Part shown: positions 1-9,968 of the stretch, in pieces | Numbering within the stretch: position 1 is the first letter of the stretch | Layout: each line of letters begins with the position of its first letter | Assembly: GCA_964342365.1 (NCBI GenBank) | Contig: CAYFGW010000001.1 | Location: forward strand, 667 to 51,822 | Reading direction: 5' to 3' | DNA: 51,156 nucleotides | Source: an uncultured Candidatus Sericytochromatia bacterium | GTDB taxonomy: Bacteria; Cyanobacteriota; Sericytochromatia; UBA7694 | Made by a program: the position numbers and the translations under genes | Notes under the pieces: model-generated | The model's database searches: none | What the model saw: the letters and a program-made list of their open reading frames with translations, nothing else | What the model was told of the DNA's origin: nothing

Positions 1-411
1 GACGGGTCTGGGCGTAAACGATTGTGAATCGAGTCGGTGGAGTGCTGACAATAATGTCGCAGCCTGTTGTCTGAGTGGGGACACGGTGCTATTCAGATGT
101 GTGCCCACGACTCTGGGAAACACGGTCACCCGATAACCTCGCCAGAGAAAAAAACTGTCGTCTCCATGGTGTGGATGTAGAGGTGCCACCGCTTCGGGAA
201 TATGTTGCTTGACCTGTTGAGCCACCTGATGGCACCAGCTCAGTTCTTCAGGAGTGCGCCAGGACGGGCTCAAATGCAGAACCCAATGGCCACAATTGAG
301 CACCTGTGCTTCGTCTCCGCCCGATAACCAGCCTTCAGGCATCAGGTTTTTTCCGCTCCAGCGTTGGGCAATCTGGCAGAGTTCGTTGAGGTGTTGCGTA
401 TTAAAATCCAT
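1..411 (-). CDS. Phosphotransferase (APH / type II homoserine kinase-like), N-terminal part, runs off the window
   Basis: Hand translation from ATG 411 is open to base 1: MDFNTQHLNELCQ...LSGGDEAQV...WVLHLSPSWRTPEELSWCHQVAQ...IPEAVAP...RVTVFPRVVG...AATLLSALH, which resembles an APH-kinase N-lobe. Not in the ORF track. Confidence 0.65.
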   Translation of the reverse strand, partial: MDFNTQHLNELCQIAQRWSGKNLMPEGWLSGGDEAQVLNCGHWVLHLSPSWRTPEELSWCHQVAQQVKQHIPEAVAPLHPHHGDDSFFLWRGYRVTVFPRVVGTHLNSTVSPLRQQAATLLSALHRLDSQSFTPRPV

Positions 412-518
412 ACCTTTTTTTAGGGGCAAATTAACCCCATCATGCGTGCGTCACTCACATCATCTTCTGATTTGCTTTGCTATGCTAATCAGGTAAAAAA
501 ATGAAATAAAGGTGACAC

Positions 519-923
519 ATGAATAAGCTCTGGGATCGCGTAAAATCCTTATTTACTTATGAAGAAGAAGAGCTGGAAACGCTGAGTGTCCCCGTGCGCG
601 GGGAAAACGGCAACGGCCTTGCCCCTTTTAGCTTACAGGGGGCTTCCAGCCATGAGATAGTGGTCATGCAACCCACCTCTTTTCAGGAAACCCTTTTGGC
701 GGTACGCTGCTTGAAAAACCGCTCCACGCTGGTGGTGAATGTAAGCGAAATGAATGAGGAAGAGTCACAGCGTTTTATTGACTTTATTTCGGGATCTGCC
801 TATGCCCTGGACGGTTTTCAGGAGCGGGTAGGAGAAGGCATTTACGTGCTGACCCCCAGCAATATTGGCATTCGTTCCAATCAGGCGCTCGTAACCGCTG
901 ACGGACTTGTTGCCAGAAACTAA
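519..923 (+). CDS. sepF: Cell division protein SepF
   Basis: EIVVMQPTSFQE...LVVNV...SQRFIDFISGSAYALDGFQERVGEGIYVLTPSNI signature. Confidence 0.92.
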   Translation: MNKLWDRVKSLFTYEEEELETLSVPVRGENGNGLAPFSLQGASSHEIVVMQPTSFQETLLAVRCLKNRSTLVVNVSEMNEEESQRFIDFISGSAYALDGFQERVGEGIYVLTPSNIGIRSNQALVTADGLVARN

Positions 924-1666
924 TGCCTAATCTCGGTTTCCTGCGGGCCAGCGTAGCCACCCTGTTTATTACGCTGTACTGTGGTGTGTATGCGCTCGTG
1001 GGAACGTTTTTAAAAAAAGACCGTGAAACCTTAGACCGCAATTCTCGCCGCTGGGCCGCCGGTATTTTGAGAGCCTGTCGTATTTCTGTAGACCTTGTGG
1101 GCGCAGAACATTTGCCCAAAGGCGCCGCCATCCTGGTGGGCAATCATCAGGGCATGTTAGACATCCTGGCTCTCATGGCCACCTTGCCAGAACCCCCCGT
1201 TTTTGCGGCTAAAGCAGAACTCTTTAAAATCCCCATTTTTGGTCAGGCCATGCGGGTTCTGGGACACATTCCCATTCACCGGGGCAATCGCCAAAAGGCC
1301 ATTGCCAGCATCAATAAAGGAGCCAAAAAACTTCAGAAAACTGGTCATCAACTGGCTTTTTTCCCTGAGGGAACCCGTTCCCGTGACGGCGAAATTCACG
1401 CTTTTAAAAAGGGGGCTTTTATGTTCGCCCTTGAAAGTCAGTTGCCGCTGATACCCTTTGCCATTAACGGCAGCTTTCAATGCTGCCCGCCCGCCAAAAA
1501 CAAGGTGTACGCCGGGGTGATTCAGCTGCGGATTCTGCCGCCGGTGGATCTGTCTCCCTACAACCGGGACAACCGGGATGAACTCATTGATAGTGTGCGC
1601 TCAGATATTGTGTCCGCCGTGCGTTTACAAAACCACCGGCGCGCTCAGTTGAAAACCCGCCGATAA
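923..1666 (+). CDS. plsC: 1-acyl-sn-glycerol-3-phosphate acyltransferase
   Basis: NHQGMLD, AKAELF, FFPEGTRS, FKKGAF motifs. Confidence 0.9.
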   Translation: MPNLGFLRASVATLFITLYCGVYALVGTFLKKDRETLDRNSRRWAAGILRACRISVDLVGAEHLPKGAAILVGNHQGMLDILALMATLPEPPVFAAKAELFKIPIFGQAMRVLGHIPIHRGNRQKAIASINKGAKKLQKTGHQLAFFPEGTRSRDGEIHAFKKGAFMFALESQLPLIPFAINGSFQCCPPAKNKVYAGVIQLRILPPVDLSPYNRDNRDELIDSVRSDIVSAVRLQNHRRAQLKTRR

Positions 1667-3001
1667 ATGCCGCACGATCACAGCCATCATTTAGTCCCTG
1701 CTCACGAACTGGCGGATGCCGTTGAGGATATTATGCCCGTGGATTTCTGGGAACCGGTGGCCCCCACACCTTCCGATCTCTCCGATCACGCAGTGCCGCA
1801 GCAGGGAGATCTTTTGCAAGATCGCCAGATTGCACTGCTGGTGTGTGGGGGCATTGCCGCCATGAAAGCCCCGTTGATTGCGCGTCATTTACGCAAAAAC
1901 GGTGCCACGGTAACGGCTTTTGTGTCTGAAGAAGCCTTACGCTATGTCACCGAAGATGCCCTGGCCTGGAGCACAGATCGCCCGGTCATTAAAAATTTGA
2001 GCGCCCGGGCAGAACATCTGGGAGACGGCACCTCCTTTGACGCTTATTTGCTAGCTCCCGCCACGTACAATACCCTGAACAAATTTGCGCTGGGCATTGC
2101 CGATAATGTACTCACTACGGTTCTGGCCTCGGCACTGGGAAAATTAGAGCAGGGTAAGACCCGGCTTCTGGTGGCACCCACCATGCATGGCAGCATGCAC
2201 ACCACCCTTCTGGCAGAGCATTTAAAACGTTTGCAAAATCTGGGGGTTCACGTGATTCCGCCGCGGGATGCCTATGGCAAACACAACCTGCCTCACGAGG
2301 ACGTGCTCTTATATCATCTGGCCCGGGAACTCAGTGGCCGACCGCTGGCCGGTACACCGGTGCTTATCACCGGTGGCCCAACGCCGGTTCCTCTGGACGA
2401 TATTCGCAGGTTGACGAATCGTTTTACCGGACGCCTAAGTTATGCCATTGCCCGTGCTTTTTACGTAGCGGGTGCCGAAGTGCACTGGGTGCTGGGAGAA
2501 AGCGCCTTTTCGCCGCCGGAGTGGTTAAACCACTATCCGGTTCAGAGTTTTCAGGAATACCTGGATACCGTCCAGTTTTTAGCGGCCCAGCATCAGTGTC
2601 AGGTGGGCGTGTTCTCCGCTGCGGTGGCGGACTATGCGCCTGCAGAAGCGCAAACGGGCAAAATTCCCAGCGGGCAAACTCTCAAGCTCAGTTTAAATCC
2701 CACCCCTAAAGTGATTCAACGGATGCAGGAGCAGTTTCCCCACATGTATCAGGTGAGTTTTAAACTGGAAGCCGGTGCAGATCACGAAACCCTGCTCCAT
2801 ATTGCCCGTTCTCGATTGCGAACTCCTGAAAAGGCAGGATCGGATCTTGTGGTGGCCAACGGATTGCAAACAGAACAGCCCCAGCAGGCGTGGCTGGTGA
2901 ACGCAGAAAGTGCGCGCGGATTTACGGGCAAAAGTGAGATTGCCAGAGGAATTGTGGAGCACGTGATTCGTGCGCTGGTGCCGGAGCCTTTTTCGTACTA
3001 A
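1667..3001 (+). CDS. coaBC: CoaBC-like flavoprotein (phosphopantothenoylcysteine decarboxylase/ligase), divergent
   Basis: GGIAAMKA, LLAPATYNTLNKFALGIADN, VLITGGPT..PLDDIRRLTNRFTG, SAAVADY, VSFKLE, DLVVAN. Confidence 0.8.
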   Translation: MPHDHSHHLVPAHELADAVEDIMPVDFWEPVAPTPSDLSDHAVPQQGDLLQDRQIALLVCGGIAAMKAPLIARHLRKNGATVTAFVSEEALRYVTEDALAWSTDRPVIKNLSARAEHLGDGTSFDAYLLAPATYNTLNKFALGIADNVLTTVLASALGKLEQGKTRLLVAPTMHGSMHTTLLAEHLKRLQNLGVHVIPPRDAYGKHNLPHEDVLLYHLARELSGRPLAGTPVLITGGPTPVPLDDIRRLTNRFTGRLSYAIARAFYVAGAEVHWVLGESAFSPPEWLNHYPVQSFQEYLDTVQFLAAQHQCQVGVFSAAVADYAPAEAQTGKIPSGQTLKLSLNPTPKVIQRMQEQFPHMYQVSFKLEAGADHETLLHIARSRLRTPEKAGSDLVVANGLQTEQPQQAWLVNAESARGFTGKSEIARGIVEHVIRALVPEPFSY

Positions 3002-3019
3002 GTTTTGTATACTAAAACC

Positions 3020-4660
3020 ATGAAACTTTTTGAACAGTCTACTCCCGTCCTACATAATGCCTATACTCAGGATCCCTATTTAAAGCCCTGGCTTCAGTGC
3101 TATGCCCCTGACCATGTGGAAACCTGGCAGGAACCGCTCCACTATATGGGGGATCTCAGTGCCAATGAACTCTACGTCTTACAACAGGCAGATCGGCTGA
3201 ATGAACCTGAACTTACCCAGTGGAGTCCCTGGGGGCAACGCATCGACCATATTGAACTCACACCGCTCTGGAAGCGAGCGGAAGTGATTGCCGCTGAAAC
3301 CGGCCTGGTAGCGATCCCTTATGAAAACAACTATGGTGACAATTCTCGTTTGCTTCAGTTTTCGCTGGTGTACTTATTTACGCCTTCTTCAGACATTTAC
3401 AGCTGCCCTCTGGCCATGACGGACGGCGCTGCTACCGCCCTCAAACAGAGCGGCAATCAGGAGTTGATAGAGCGTGCTTTGCCTCACCTTACCAGCCGCG
3501 ACCCGCAGCGCTTCTGGACCAGCGGCCAGTGGATGACGGAACTCCCCGGGGGATCAGATGTGTCCCGTACCGAAACCCTGGCGTACCCGCCTGCTCCTGA
3601 AACCGCTGAGACCCCCGAAAAAACTGCTCCCTGGACGCTTCAGGGCCGCAAATGGTTCACTTCGGCCACCACCTCACAAATGGCACTGGCGTTGGCCCGG
3701 CCCGTACACAATCAGCATATTAAGGGCAGCAAGGGACTGGCCCTGTTTTATCTGGAACCCCGTGATCGGGAGGGCCGACTCCAAAATATTTCTGTGAATC
3801 GCTTAAAAGACAAAATGGGCACCCGCAAGGTTCCCACCGCCGAACTTCTGTTGACAGGAGCTCCTGCCCACCTGGTGGCCGGTGAAACGGTTGGCGTCAA
3901 GCACATTGCGCCCATGCTAAACATTACCCGCACCTGGAATGCGGTATCTTCCATTGCGCTCATGCGCAGGGGACTGAATCTGGCCTGGGATTATGCCGCC
4001 AAACGGGAGGCTTTTGGCAAACCACTTATTCAAAAGCCTCTGCATCGGGAGACCCTGCTGCAATTGGAAGCAGAATTTGCCGGCGCCTTTGCTTTCACCA
4101 TGTACTGTGTGCAATTGCTGGGCAAATGGGAAAACAAAACGGCTTCAGCAGAAGAAGAGCGCTGGCTCAGACTCTATATTCCGCTTTTAAAGCTCATAAC
4201 GGCAAAGCAGTCGGTGCGCGTTTTAAGTGAAGTCATAGAGAGTTTTGGTGGAGCAGGTTATGTGGAAGACACCGGCTTGCCTCAGTTATTAAGAGATGCA
4301 CAGGTATTTCCCATCTGGGAAGGCACCACCAACGTGCTGTCTCTGGATGCACTTCACGTACTTATCAAATCTCAGCAATTTGCGGCCGCTGACTGGATTG
4401 ACGGCGCGTACTTTGGCGCGGATGCCAAACAGCATCTGGATAACGCCTTTGCGCTATTGCGGGAGCATCTGTCAAATCCCGACATGTTAGAGTCTCAGGC
4501 GCGAACTATTGCTTTAAAACTATCGCGGGGTCTAGAAACGGTGTGCTTACAACATTTTGCGCAGCGCCAGCCCACGGTTACGCTGGCTGCTATGAGCGGA
4601 GCAGACTTTGAGGTCGCTTTGCAAGATTTAATCACACGGCTCACGGCCTATAACACTTAA
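3020..4660 (+). CDS. Acyl-CoA dehydrogenase (AidB-like)
   Basis: [52 protein letters not shown]; ATG 3020 preferred to TTG 3005. Confidence 0.9.
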   Translation: MKLFEQSTPVLHNAYTQDPYLKPWLQCYAPDHVETWQEPLHYMGDLSANELYVLQQADRLNEPELTQWSPWGQRIDHIELTPLWKRAEVIAAETGLVAIPYENNYGDNSRLLQFSLVYLFTPSSDIYSCPLAMTDGAATALKQSGNQELIERALPHLTSRDPQRFWTSGQWMTELPGGSDVSRTETLAYPPAPETAETPEKTAPWTLQGRKWFTSATTSQMALALARPVHNQHIKGSKGLALFYLEPRDREGRLQNISVNRLKDKMGTRKVPTAELLLTGAPAHLVAGETVGVKHIAPMLNITRTWNAVSSIALMRRGLNLAWDYAAKREAFGKPLIQKPLHRETLLQLEAEFAGAFAFTMYCVQLLGKWENKTASAEEERWLRLYIPLLKLITAKQSVRVLSEVIESFGGAGYVEDTGLPQLLRDAQVFPIWEGTTNVLSLDALHVLIKSQQFAAADWIDGAYFGADAKQHLDNAFALLREHLSNPDMLESQARTIALKLSRGLETVCLQHFAQRQPTVTLAAMSGADFEVALQDLITRLTAYNT

Positions 4661-4675
4661 AACAACGATTAAAGC

Positions 4676-5392
4676 GTGCGTCATCTAAAACAAATTCCTT
4701 TATCTAACCCCGTGCCAGAGGCGGTCGCTGCCACCTTTGATTTGAGCATGGCGCCTGCTTATCTTAGCCATTTTGGGGTGCTGCTTTTGCGTCAGTGCAT
4801 TCCTCTGGAGCTGATTGAACACTGGCTTCCCCGCTTTGAAGCGGGCTTTGCGGCGGCTGATGCTGCTGTGCATACAGGCACCATGTCCGTGAACGCATTT
4901 AAGAATATTTATAGCTACGGTCACGCGCATCCGGAGTATATTCCAGGCTACAGGCAGTGGCCTCTGGCCTTGCTTGAGCATACTGCGTTTCGACAATTGT
5001 TGGGTCACTGTCTGGGAGATGCCTTTGCGCTCATGTGGCAAAACGCCTATCCTCGCCGTCAGGGTCAATACCGGGAACACGCCATTGACTGGCATCGGGA
5101 TACGGATTTTCTGGGGCCTGTGAAGGGAGTCGTCAATACCTGGATTCCAATGACGCAGGCAGGTGGTGATTTTCCAGGGTTGGAATTTGTATGTTTTGAC
5201 GGTCAGCACTGGTCCCCGCAGATGCAGCCGGGGGACCTTTTGCTCTTTCACTGCACCGTCAGGCACCGTACTCAAATTAACGCTGCCCCTCACAGACAGT
5301 CCCCCGTGCGCCTGAGCAGTGAATTGCGTTGGATTCCCGAAACGGAATATTCTTTGACCCGTTCCTGGCTTTATCACGTTCCGCCCCTTTGA
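4676..5392 (+). CDS. Phytanoyl-CoA dioxygenase (PhyH)-like Fe(II)/2OG oxygenase
   Basis: WHRD...VNTWIP...GLEFV...PGDLLLFH..VRHRT...RLSSELR: HxD..H..RxS pattern. Confidence 0.7.
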   Translation: MRHLKQIPLSNPVPEAVAATFDLSMAPAYLSHFGVLLLRQCIPLELIEHWLPRFEAGFAAADAAVHTGTMSVNAFKNIYSYGHAHPEYIPGYRQWPLALLEHTAFRQLLGHCLGDAFALMWQNAYPRRQGQYREHAIDWHRDTDFLGPVKGVVNTWIPMTQAGGDFPGLEFVCFDGQHWSPQMQPGDLLLFHCTVRHRTQINAAPHRQSPVRLSSELRWIPETEYSLTRSWLYHVPPL

Positions 5393-5466
5393 ACCCGCTT
5401 ATAAATCGGTATATAATTAAGAAAGATACAGCACAACATTACATCACCCTCAAGGAGTATCGCATT

Positions 5467-5730
5467 TTGGATGTTCTTAAAGTCTCCTCACGCTCTAAAC
5501 CTACTGCCGTTGCGGGCGCACTGGCGGGCGTGATTCGTGAACAGGGTTATGTGGAAATTCAGGCCATCGGCGCTGGTGCTGTGAATCAGGCCATTAAAGC
5601 CGTGGCGATTGCCCGCGGATATGTGGCGCCCGGCGGACTGGATCTCGTTTTTACCCCTTCTTTTGTGGATATTGAAATCAACGGCGAGGAACGGACGGCT
5701 ATCAAACTACTCGTGGAAGTTCGCAAATGA
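5467..5730 (+). CDS. spoVS: Stage V sporulation protein S family (Alba-like fold)
   Basis: LKVSSRSKPTAVAGALAGVIRE..EIQAIGAGAVNQAIKAVAIARG..EERTAIKL; TTG 5467 with AAGGAG at 5452-5457. Confidence 0.93.
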   Translation: MDVLKVSSRSKPTAVAGALAGVIREQGYVEIQAIGAGAVNQAIKAVAIARGYVAPGGLDLVFTPSFVDIEINGEERTAIKLLVEVRK

Positions 5731-6491
5731 TTATTTCAATTGTCGCCGTGATTCTCGGCATTCTTATGGCTATCGGTGGATTGGCTCCTAATATCGCCAA
5801 CGGCCTGGCCCAGAGCAAGCTGGATGAGGTGTTGAATCACCCTGAAACCCTTCAGGTGCAAATTCATCCCAAAGCGCCCAGCGTTTCTCTGCTCAACGGT
5901 GCCGTAGATTATACCGAGGTGTATGCAGAACGCTTTACCCTCTCCGATCTTCCTATTGATAAAATGCGCCTCCAAATCTATAATCTGGATCTTGACACCA
6001 ACGCCGAAAAACTTACTCTGCGTCAGAAGGCCCAGGGAGCCGTTCAGGTTCAGCTTACAGAAGCCGATGTCAACACCTTTTTGGCTTCCGAAACCTTTAA
6101 AAACCTGATCAACAATGTCAAGTCGAAACAAAGTTTGCTCAATAGCCTCGATGCTGACATTGAAAACGTCAGTATTCAACTGCGTAACGATGGCGTACGT
6201 ATCAAAGGCACCGCCGCTACCCTGGGTGGATTTTTTACCGTACCCTTTACCATTGACGGGCAATTGCGTTTAAAAAGTGAGCGGGAGCTGGTGGTTCAAA
6301 ATGTCACGGGCACCACGATGGGTCGTCCTCTTCCCGGAGATCTTTTAACCACTGTGTTAGCACGGATTAACCCTATTATTGACCTCAATACGCTGGGCAA
6401 TAAAGACATGCAGCTGTACTTCAGACGCTTAAAGGTCACCAATAATCAAATTGAGCTTTTGGGAGAAGCCCATATCCGCAAACTCCCCTGA
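5727..6491 (+). CDS. DUF2993 / LmeA-like membrane-anchored protein
   Basis: N-terminal hydrophobic anchor; VQLTEADVNTFL, INPIIDL, IELLGEA resemble DUF2993. Confidence 0.65.
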   Translation: MIISIVAVILGILMAIGGLAPNIANGLAQSKLDEVLNHPETLQVQIHPKAPSVSLLNGAVDYTEVYAERFTLSDLPIDKMRLQIYNLDLDTNAEKLTLRQKAQGAVQVQLTEADVNTFLASETFKNLINNVKSKQSLLNSLDADIENVSIQLRNDGVRIKGTAATLGGFFTVPFTIDGQLRLKSERELVVQNVTGTTMGRPLPGDLLTTVLARINPIIDLNTLGNKDMQLYFRRLKVTNNQIELLGEAHIRKLP

Positions 6492-7470
6492 GTTTCCTCA
6501 TATCTCTTATGCGTCTGTCCCTCCGCTGACGGTAGTTGTACCCGTCTACTGCAACTCTGCTCAGACCTATGCCCTGTTGAAAAGTTGTCTCTACAGCTTG
6601 AAACAGCAGTATTGTGGAGACTTCGGTGTGATTGTGGTGGACGATGGTTCTCCAGAAGTTTTCCGAGCCAGCCAGCTGAGCTCTTTTGCTCCCCGTAACA
6701 CTCACTTTTTACGTCACGATACCAATCGTGGCCGTGCTTACAGTCGGAATCGTGGCTGGCGTGAGGCCACCTCGCCGCTGACTCTCTTTTTGGATGCGGA
6801 CATGTATCTCACACCAGAGAGTGTGAAAGCCCACCTCAATTTTCACCAGCAGTATCCCGGAGGTATTGCCCAGGGGCATATTATAGGTCAATCTCTGGGG
6901 TCTTTAAAAGACTTTTTTGATAATACCTACGATGACACGCGTCGTTTACGAGAGAGCGCTTTACAAGAAAGTGTTTGGACAGACGCTTCTCAGGCGTTTT
7001 TTGCCACGGGCCATGTGTCCTTAGCACGGCATCTTCTGGAACAAACTCAGGGCTTTGATGAGGCCTTCTCGGACTATGGCTGGGAAGACCTGGAATTGGG
7101 GCTGCGGCTTCAAGCTCTTGGTGTTATGCAGCAGAAAATAAAAACCGCAGTGGCCTATCATTATGAGCCTCTGTTTGCGGTAAACCACTGGCTAACAGAT
7201 CTTGAAAAAGAACGGCAGCGTGCCAGTGGGGCGCAACAACTGATGCAAAAACATCCCCAAAAGGGTCGCTGGCTCTGTCAGGGAACGGTGTTTGACCGTG
7301 GGGTGTCCGGGGTTCTGCGGTGGGTGTTTCCCCCTGAAAAAAGTCTGCCCCGACTTGAGCAGCTTCAGAAAAAACATCCCAAAATGGCGCTGGCCCTTTA
7401 TCGGGGGCTTTTACACCAGTATTACGTAAAATCTCTGTACGCGTCGCAGGCTACATCAGAATATCGTTGA
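6451..7470 (+). CDS. Glycosyltransferase family 2 (start uncertain)
   Basis: VVVPVY, VIVVDDGS, NRGRAYSRNRG, LFLDAD, GFDEAFSDYGWEDLELGLRL. Confidence 0.88.
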   Translation: MSFWEKPISANSPEFPHISYASVPPLTVVVPVYCNSAQTYALLKSCLYSLKQQYCGDFGVIVVDDGSPEVFRASQLSSFAPRNTHFLRHDTNRGRAYSRNRGWREATSPLTLFLDADMYLTPESVKAHLNFHQQYPGGIAQGHIIGQSLGSLKDFFDNTYDDTRRLRESALQESVWTDASQAFFATGHVSLARHLLEQTQGFDEAFSDYGWEDLELGLRLQALGVMQQKIKTAVAYHYEPLFAVNHWLTDLEKERQRASGAQQLMQKHPQKGRWLCQGTVFDRGVSGVLRWVFPPEKSLPRLEQLQKKHPKMALALYRGLLHQYYVKSLYASQATSEYR

Positions 7471-8447
7471 CGGGCAGAATGCGTGGCGGCAGATCTTTTT
7501 CCCCTAACATTTCTCTGAGATCAATTTCAATGGTGCGGCACAGGGCGGTCATGGGGGTGTCGTTTACATAATTCTCAAAGGGGTCTTCGCTATTGTCTCC
7601 CACCACTTCAATGGTGACAAAAATCCAGGAAATGAGCGTGGAGAAAGGCACCGTTAGCCAGATCGCCTGCTCATAACCCAGCCGCGAAAATTCAGAAATC
7701 AGGCCCAGCGGCAGCAATACCACAAAAATCCACACAAAAACGGTACTAAAGTAGGCGTACTGCCGAGGAAAAGGGAAATTTTTAATGCGTTCACACTGCC
7801 CCTGATAGGTATAGGCTTTCTCAATAAGTTTGAGCAGCTCCCGGTGTTCAAAGTCGTTGATGTAATGCTGCGCTTTTAAGGCCGCCAGATCCCGCCCCTG
7901 AGCGGCGAGAAGTTGAGTGGCAGGATTGGCTGTCTTTAAAACTTCGTTATATTCTGTCTCCGATAAAAAAGGTTTCAAAGAGGCTTCGCATTGTAAATTG
8001 TCGTTTAAATGAAAGTCCGGGGTGAAACTGAGGTTTTTACGATCCAGCATGGTGGTTCTGCGCAATTGCAAACGCAGAGCGTTGACCCATGCCAGGTGGC
8101 GATAGATCAGTATCCGGGGCATGTTGTGGGCGTCATTTTCGGGAGCGGTCTTCACCACGCTGAGCACTGTGTGACTCCAGGTGCGGCTGACGTTGACAAT
8201 GGCACCCCAGATTTTGCGGGCCTCCCAGAGTCGATCGTAGGACTTGACTGTTCTTAAATCCCATATAAAAGGCCACCGCAATACCGATGGTGCTCAAAGG
8301 GGCAAAGGGAATACCCAGATGAAACCCCATTTCTTCAGCCCGACCGTGAAGGAGCGTCACCAACACCGACCAACCCACAAAAAAGAGCAGGTTACGCCAG
8401 GCGAAGCGTAGAATAATAGGCAAAGCAATGTTGCGACGGGTATACAT
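7451..8447 (-). pseudogene. Bestrophin-family ion channel split by a 1-nt insertion near 8243-8246
   Basis: ORF 8133..8447 (..GIAVAFYMGFKNSQ) continues in ORF 7451..8281 (SYDRLWEARKIWG...CERIKNFPFP...EDPFEN..ND.PM..LCRTIEIDL). Confidence 0.85.
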
Positions 8448-8478
8448 GGTATTTCAGTTTAGCGCAAAAAGTTTTCAT

Positions 8479-8507
8479 AAAAAAACCGCCCTTCTGAGGC
8501 GGTTTTT
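8479..8507 (-). terminator. Intrinsic terminator of the 8519..9685 gene
   Basis: AAAAACCGCC-N7-GGCGGTTTTT. Confidence 0.85.
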
Positions 8508-8518
8508 AAAATCTTGTT

Positions 8519-9685
8519 TTAGTTGCCGTAAGCGGGAGCCGCTGCAGGGGCCTGAGGCTGAGGCTTGAGGCCGTCCATTAAAGCGATGGTTTTGCTCTTT
8601 ACCCAGTCTTTGGCACCGGTGCTGGTGAACAGTTTGTCGGTGAGCCAGCCACCCAACATGCCCGCGCCACCTACGAGTAAGGTGAGGCCGATGCCGCTAA
8701 CGGCGGTTCCTGCCAGAGCAGCCATGGCTGCACCACCGGCGATAGTGGCGCCGATGCCGGTAACACCACCGCTTACGGTGTCTGTTACTACATTAGAAAC
8801 CGCCTGGGTTTTCGTTTTTTCACCGCGCATATAGGCAATGCCGTTGGTGACTGCAGAGAATCCGCCGCTCACCAGAGCGGAGATGCCGGCACTCTTCAGC
8901 GTGGCTTTACCGATGCCTTTTAAAGCACCTACTACAGAACCGCTACCGTTTTTGATAGCACCCACGAGTTTGCTCACTTCGCTGGCGACGACTTTACCGT
9001 AGCGTACCTGACCCACGTTAGCGCCCACCCAGGGAGACTGAGCGGCCAGAGAATCGAGGAAGGTCATTTTAATTTCTGAGTTATTTTTGAAGCGACCCAG
9101 AACGTTCTGGTAGCGGGCTTCTTCTTCAGGGCTGGGCTTATAGCCATACTTCTGTACTTTTTCTTCTACAATCAGGGCCCACTCAATTTCAGACATGGTC
9201 ACTTGCTGACCCGCAGGAGGCATATTGGGGCCGAAAGGGTTGGGGCCCTGAGAACCCTGAGGAGCTTGCTGTACGGGAGCAGGTGCCGCGGTGGGCATCT
9301 GAATTTGAGGAAGTGCGGGAGCCTGACTCATGGGCTTGATGTTGTTTTTGAGCAGCATCAGCTGGGCACCCAGTGCGTCGTAGTATTCACGCTCCTGAGC
9401 GGTGGGCTGATAACCGTTTTGAATTTTGGCTTCCAATTCGGTGGCCCATTGTAAATCGGTGCGAGAAATATTCAGGGTGGTCAGGGTAGGTACAGAAGAG
9501 GTGGTAGGAGCGCTGAACTGTACTGCAGATACATTAGGAAGAGTGGTGGTAGGTTGGCTAACGCGAAGACTGTCAGGAGCAGAAACAGTGTTCGCAGAAA
9601 CCACTTGAGGGATGTTCAGTTGCGCAGGTGCTGGCAACTGAGGGGAAAACTGAGGGGTGGTGGCGGCAACAGCGTTTAAATTCAT
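8519..9685 (-). CDS. Hypothetical protein: P/Q/T/S-rich N-terminus, two ~37-aa repeats, Gly/Ala-zipper (MamC-like) C-terminal domain
   Basis: AAGGAG SD, own terminator, C-terminus paralogous to the genes at 49386-51156. Confidence 0.85.
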   Translation of the reverse strand: MNLNAVAATTPQFSPQLPAPAQLNIPQVVSANTVSAPDSLRVSQPTTTLPNVSAVQFSAPTTSSVPTLTTLNISRTDLQWATELEAKIQNGYQPTAQEREYYDALGAQLMLLKNNIKPMSQAPALPQIQMPTAAPAPVQQAPQGSQGPNPFGPNMPPAGQQVTMSEIEWALIVEEKVQKYGYKPSPEEEARYQNVLGRFKNNSEIKMTFLDSLAAQSPWVGANVGQVRYGKVVASEVSKLVGAIKNGSGSVVGALKGIGKATLKSAGISALVSGGFSAVTNGIAYMRGEKTKTQAVSNVVTDTVSGGVTGIGATIAGGAAMAALAGTAVSGIGLTLLVGGAGMLGGWLTDKLFTSTGAKDWVKSKTIALMDGLKPQPQAPAAAPAYGN

Positions 9686-9792
9686 TTTGTTTATGCTCCT
9701 TCTTCTGCATCAACCGTTTGTTGATATTACTATTATGCCCCACGGACTTTAAGAACTGACGTGTATGAGCATAAGGATTAAATAACAAATGT

Positions 9793-9846
9793 ATAAGCTT
9801 TGGTTAAGGGGTAGAGAGAGCGTTTTGTTTGTTAATTTTTGATTAA
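9793..9846. promoter_or_regulatory. Two TTAA-N7-TTAA-type boxes in a divergent promoter region
   Basis: ATAA-GCTTTGG-TTAA (9793-9807) and TTAA-TTTTTGA-TTAA (9832-9846). Confidence 0.45.
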
Positions 9847-9968
9847 ATGAACCCTTGTTTTTTTGTGAATTGTTTTTTTTATATTAAAGTAACTTGAGCA
9901 TTTTGCTAATTCGGGTCATAATATATAAGAACTAAAAAGAGTCAATAGATCACTTACGGAGGCAACCC

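Noticed and set aside
254-496. 80-aa + strand ORF
   Set aside because: Antisense to the more convincing phosphotransferase ORF (411 to 1) and overlaps the sepF upstream region.
4700-5377. 225-aa antisense ORF
   Set aside because: Shadow of the PhyH-like gene; no recognisable motifs.
5329-5466. N-terminal extension of SpoVS in the ORF track
   Set aside because: Homology and the SD point to TTG 5467.
9686-9968. Canonical sigma28 (TAAA-N15-GCCGATAA) or sigma54 promoter for the rod gene
   Set aside because: No GCCGATAA or correctly spaced GG-N10-GC consensus found.
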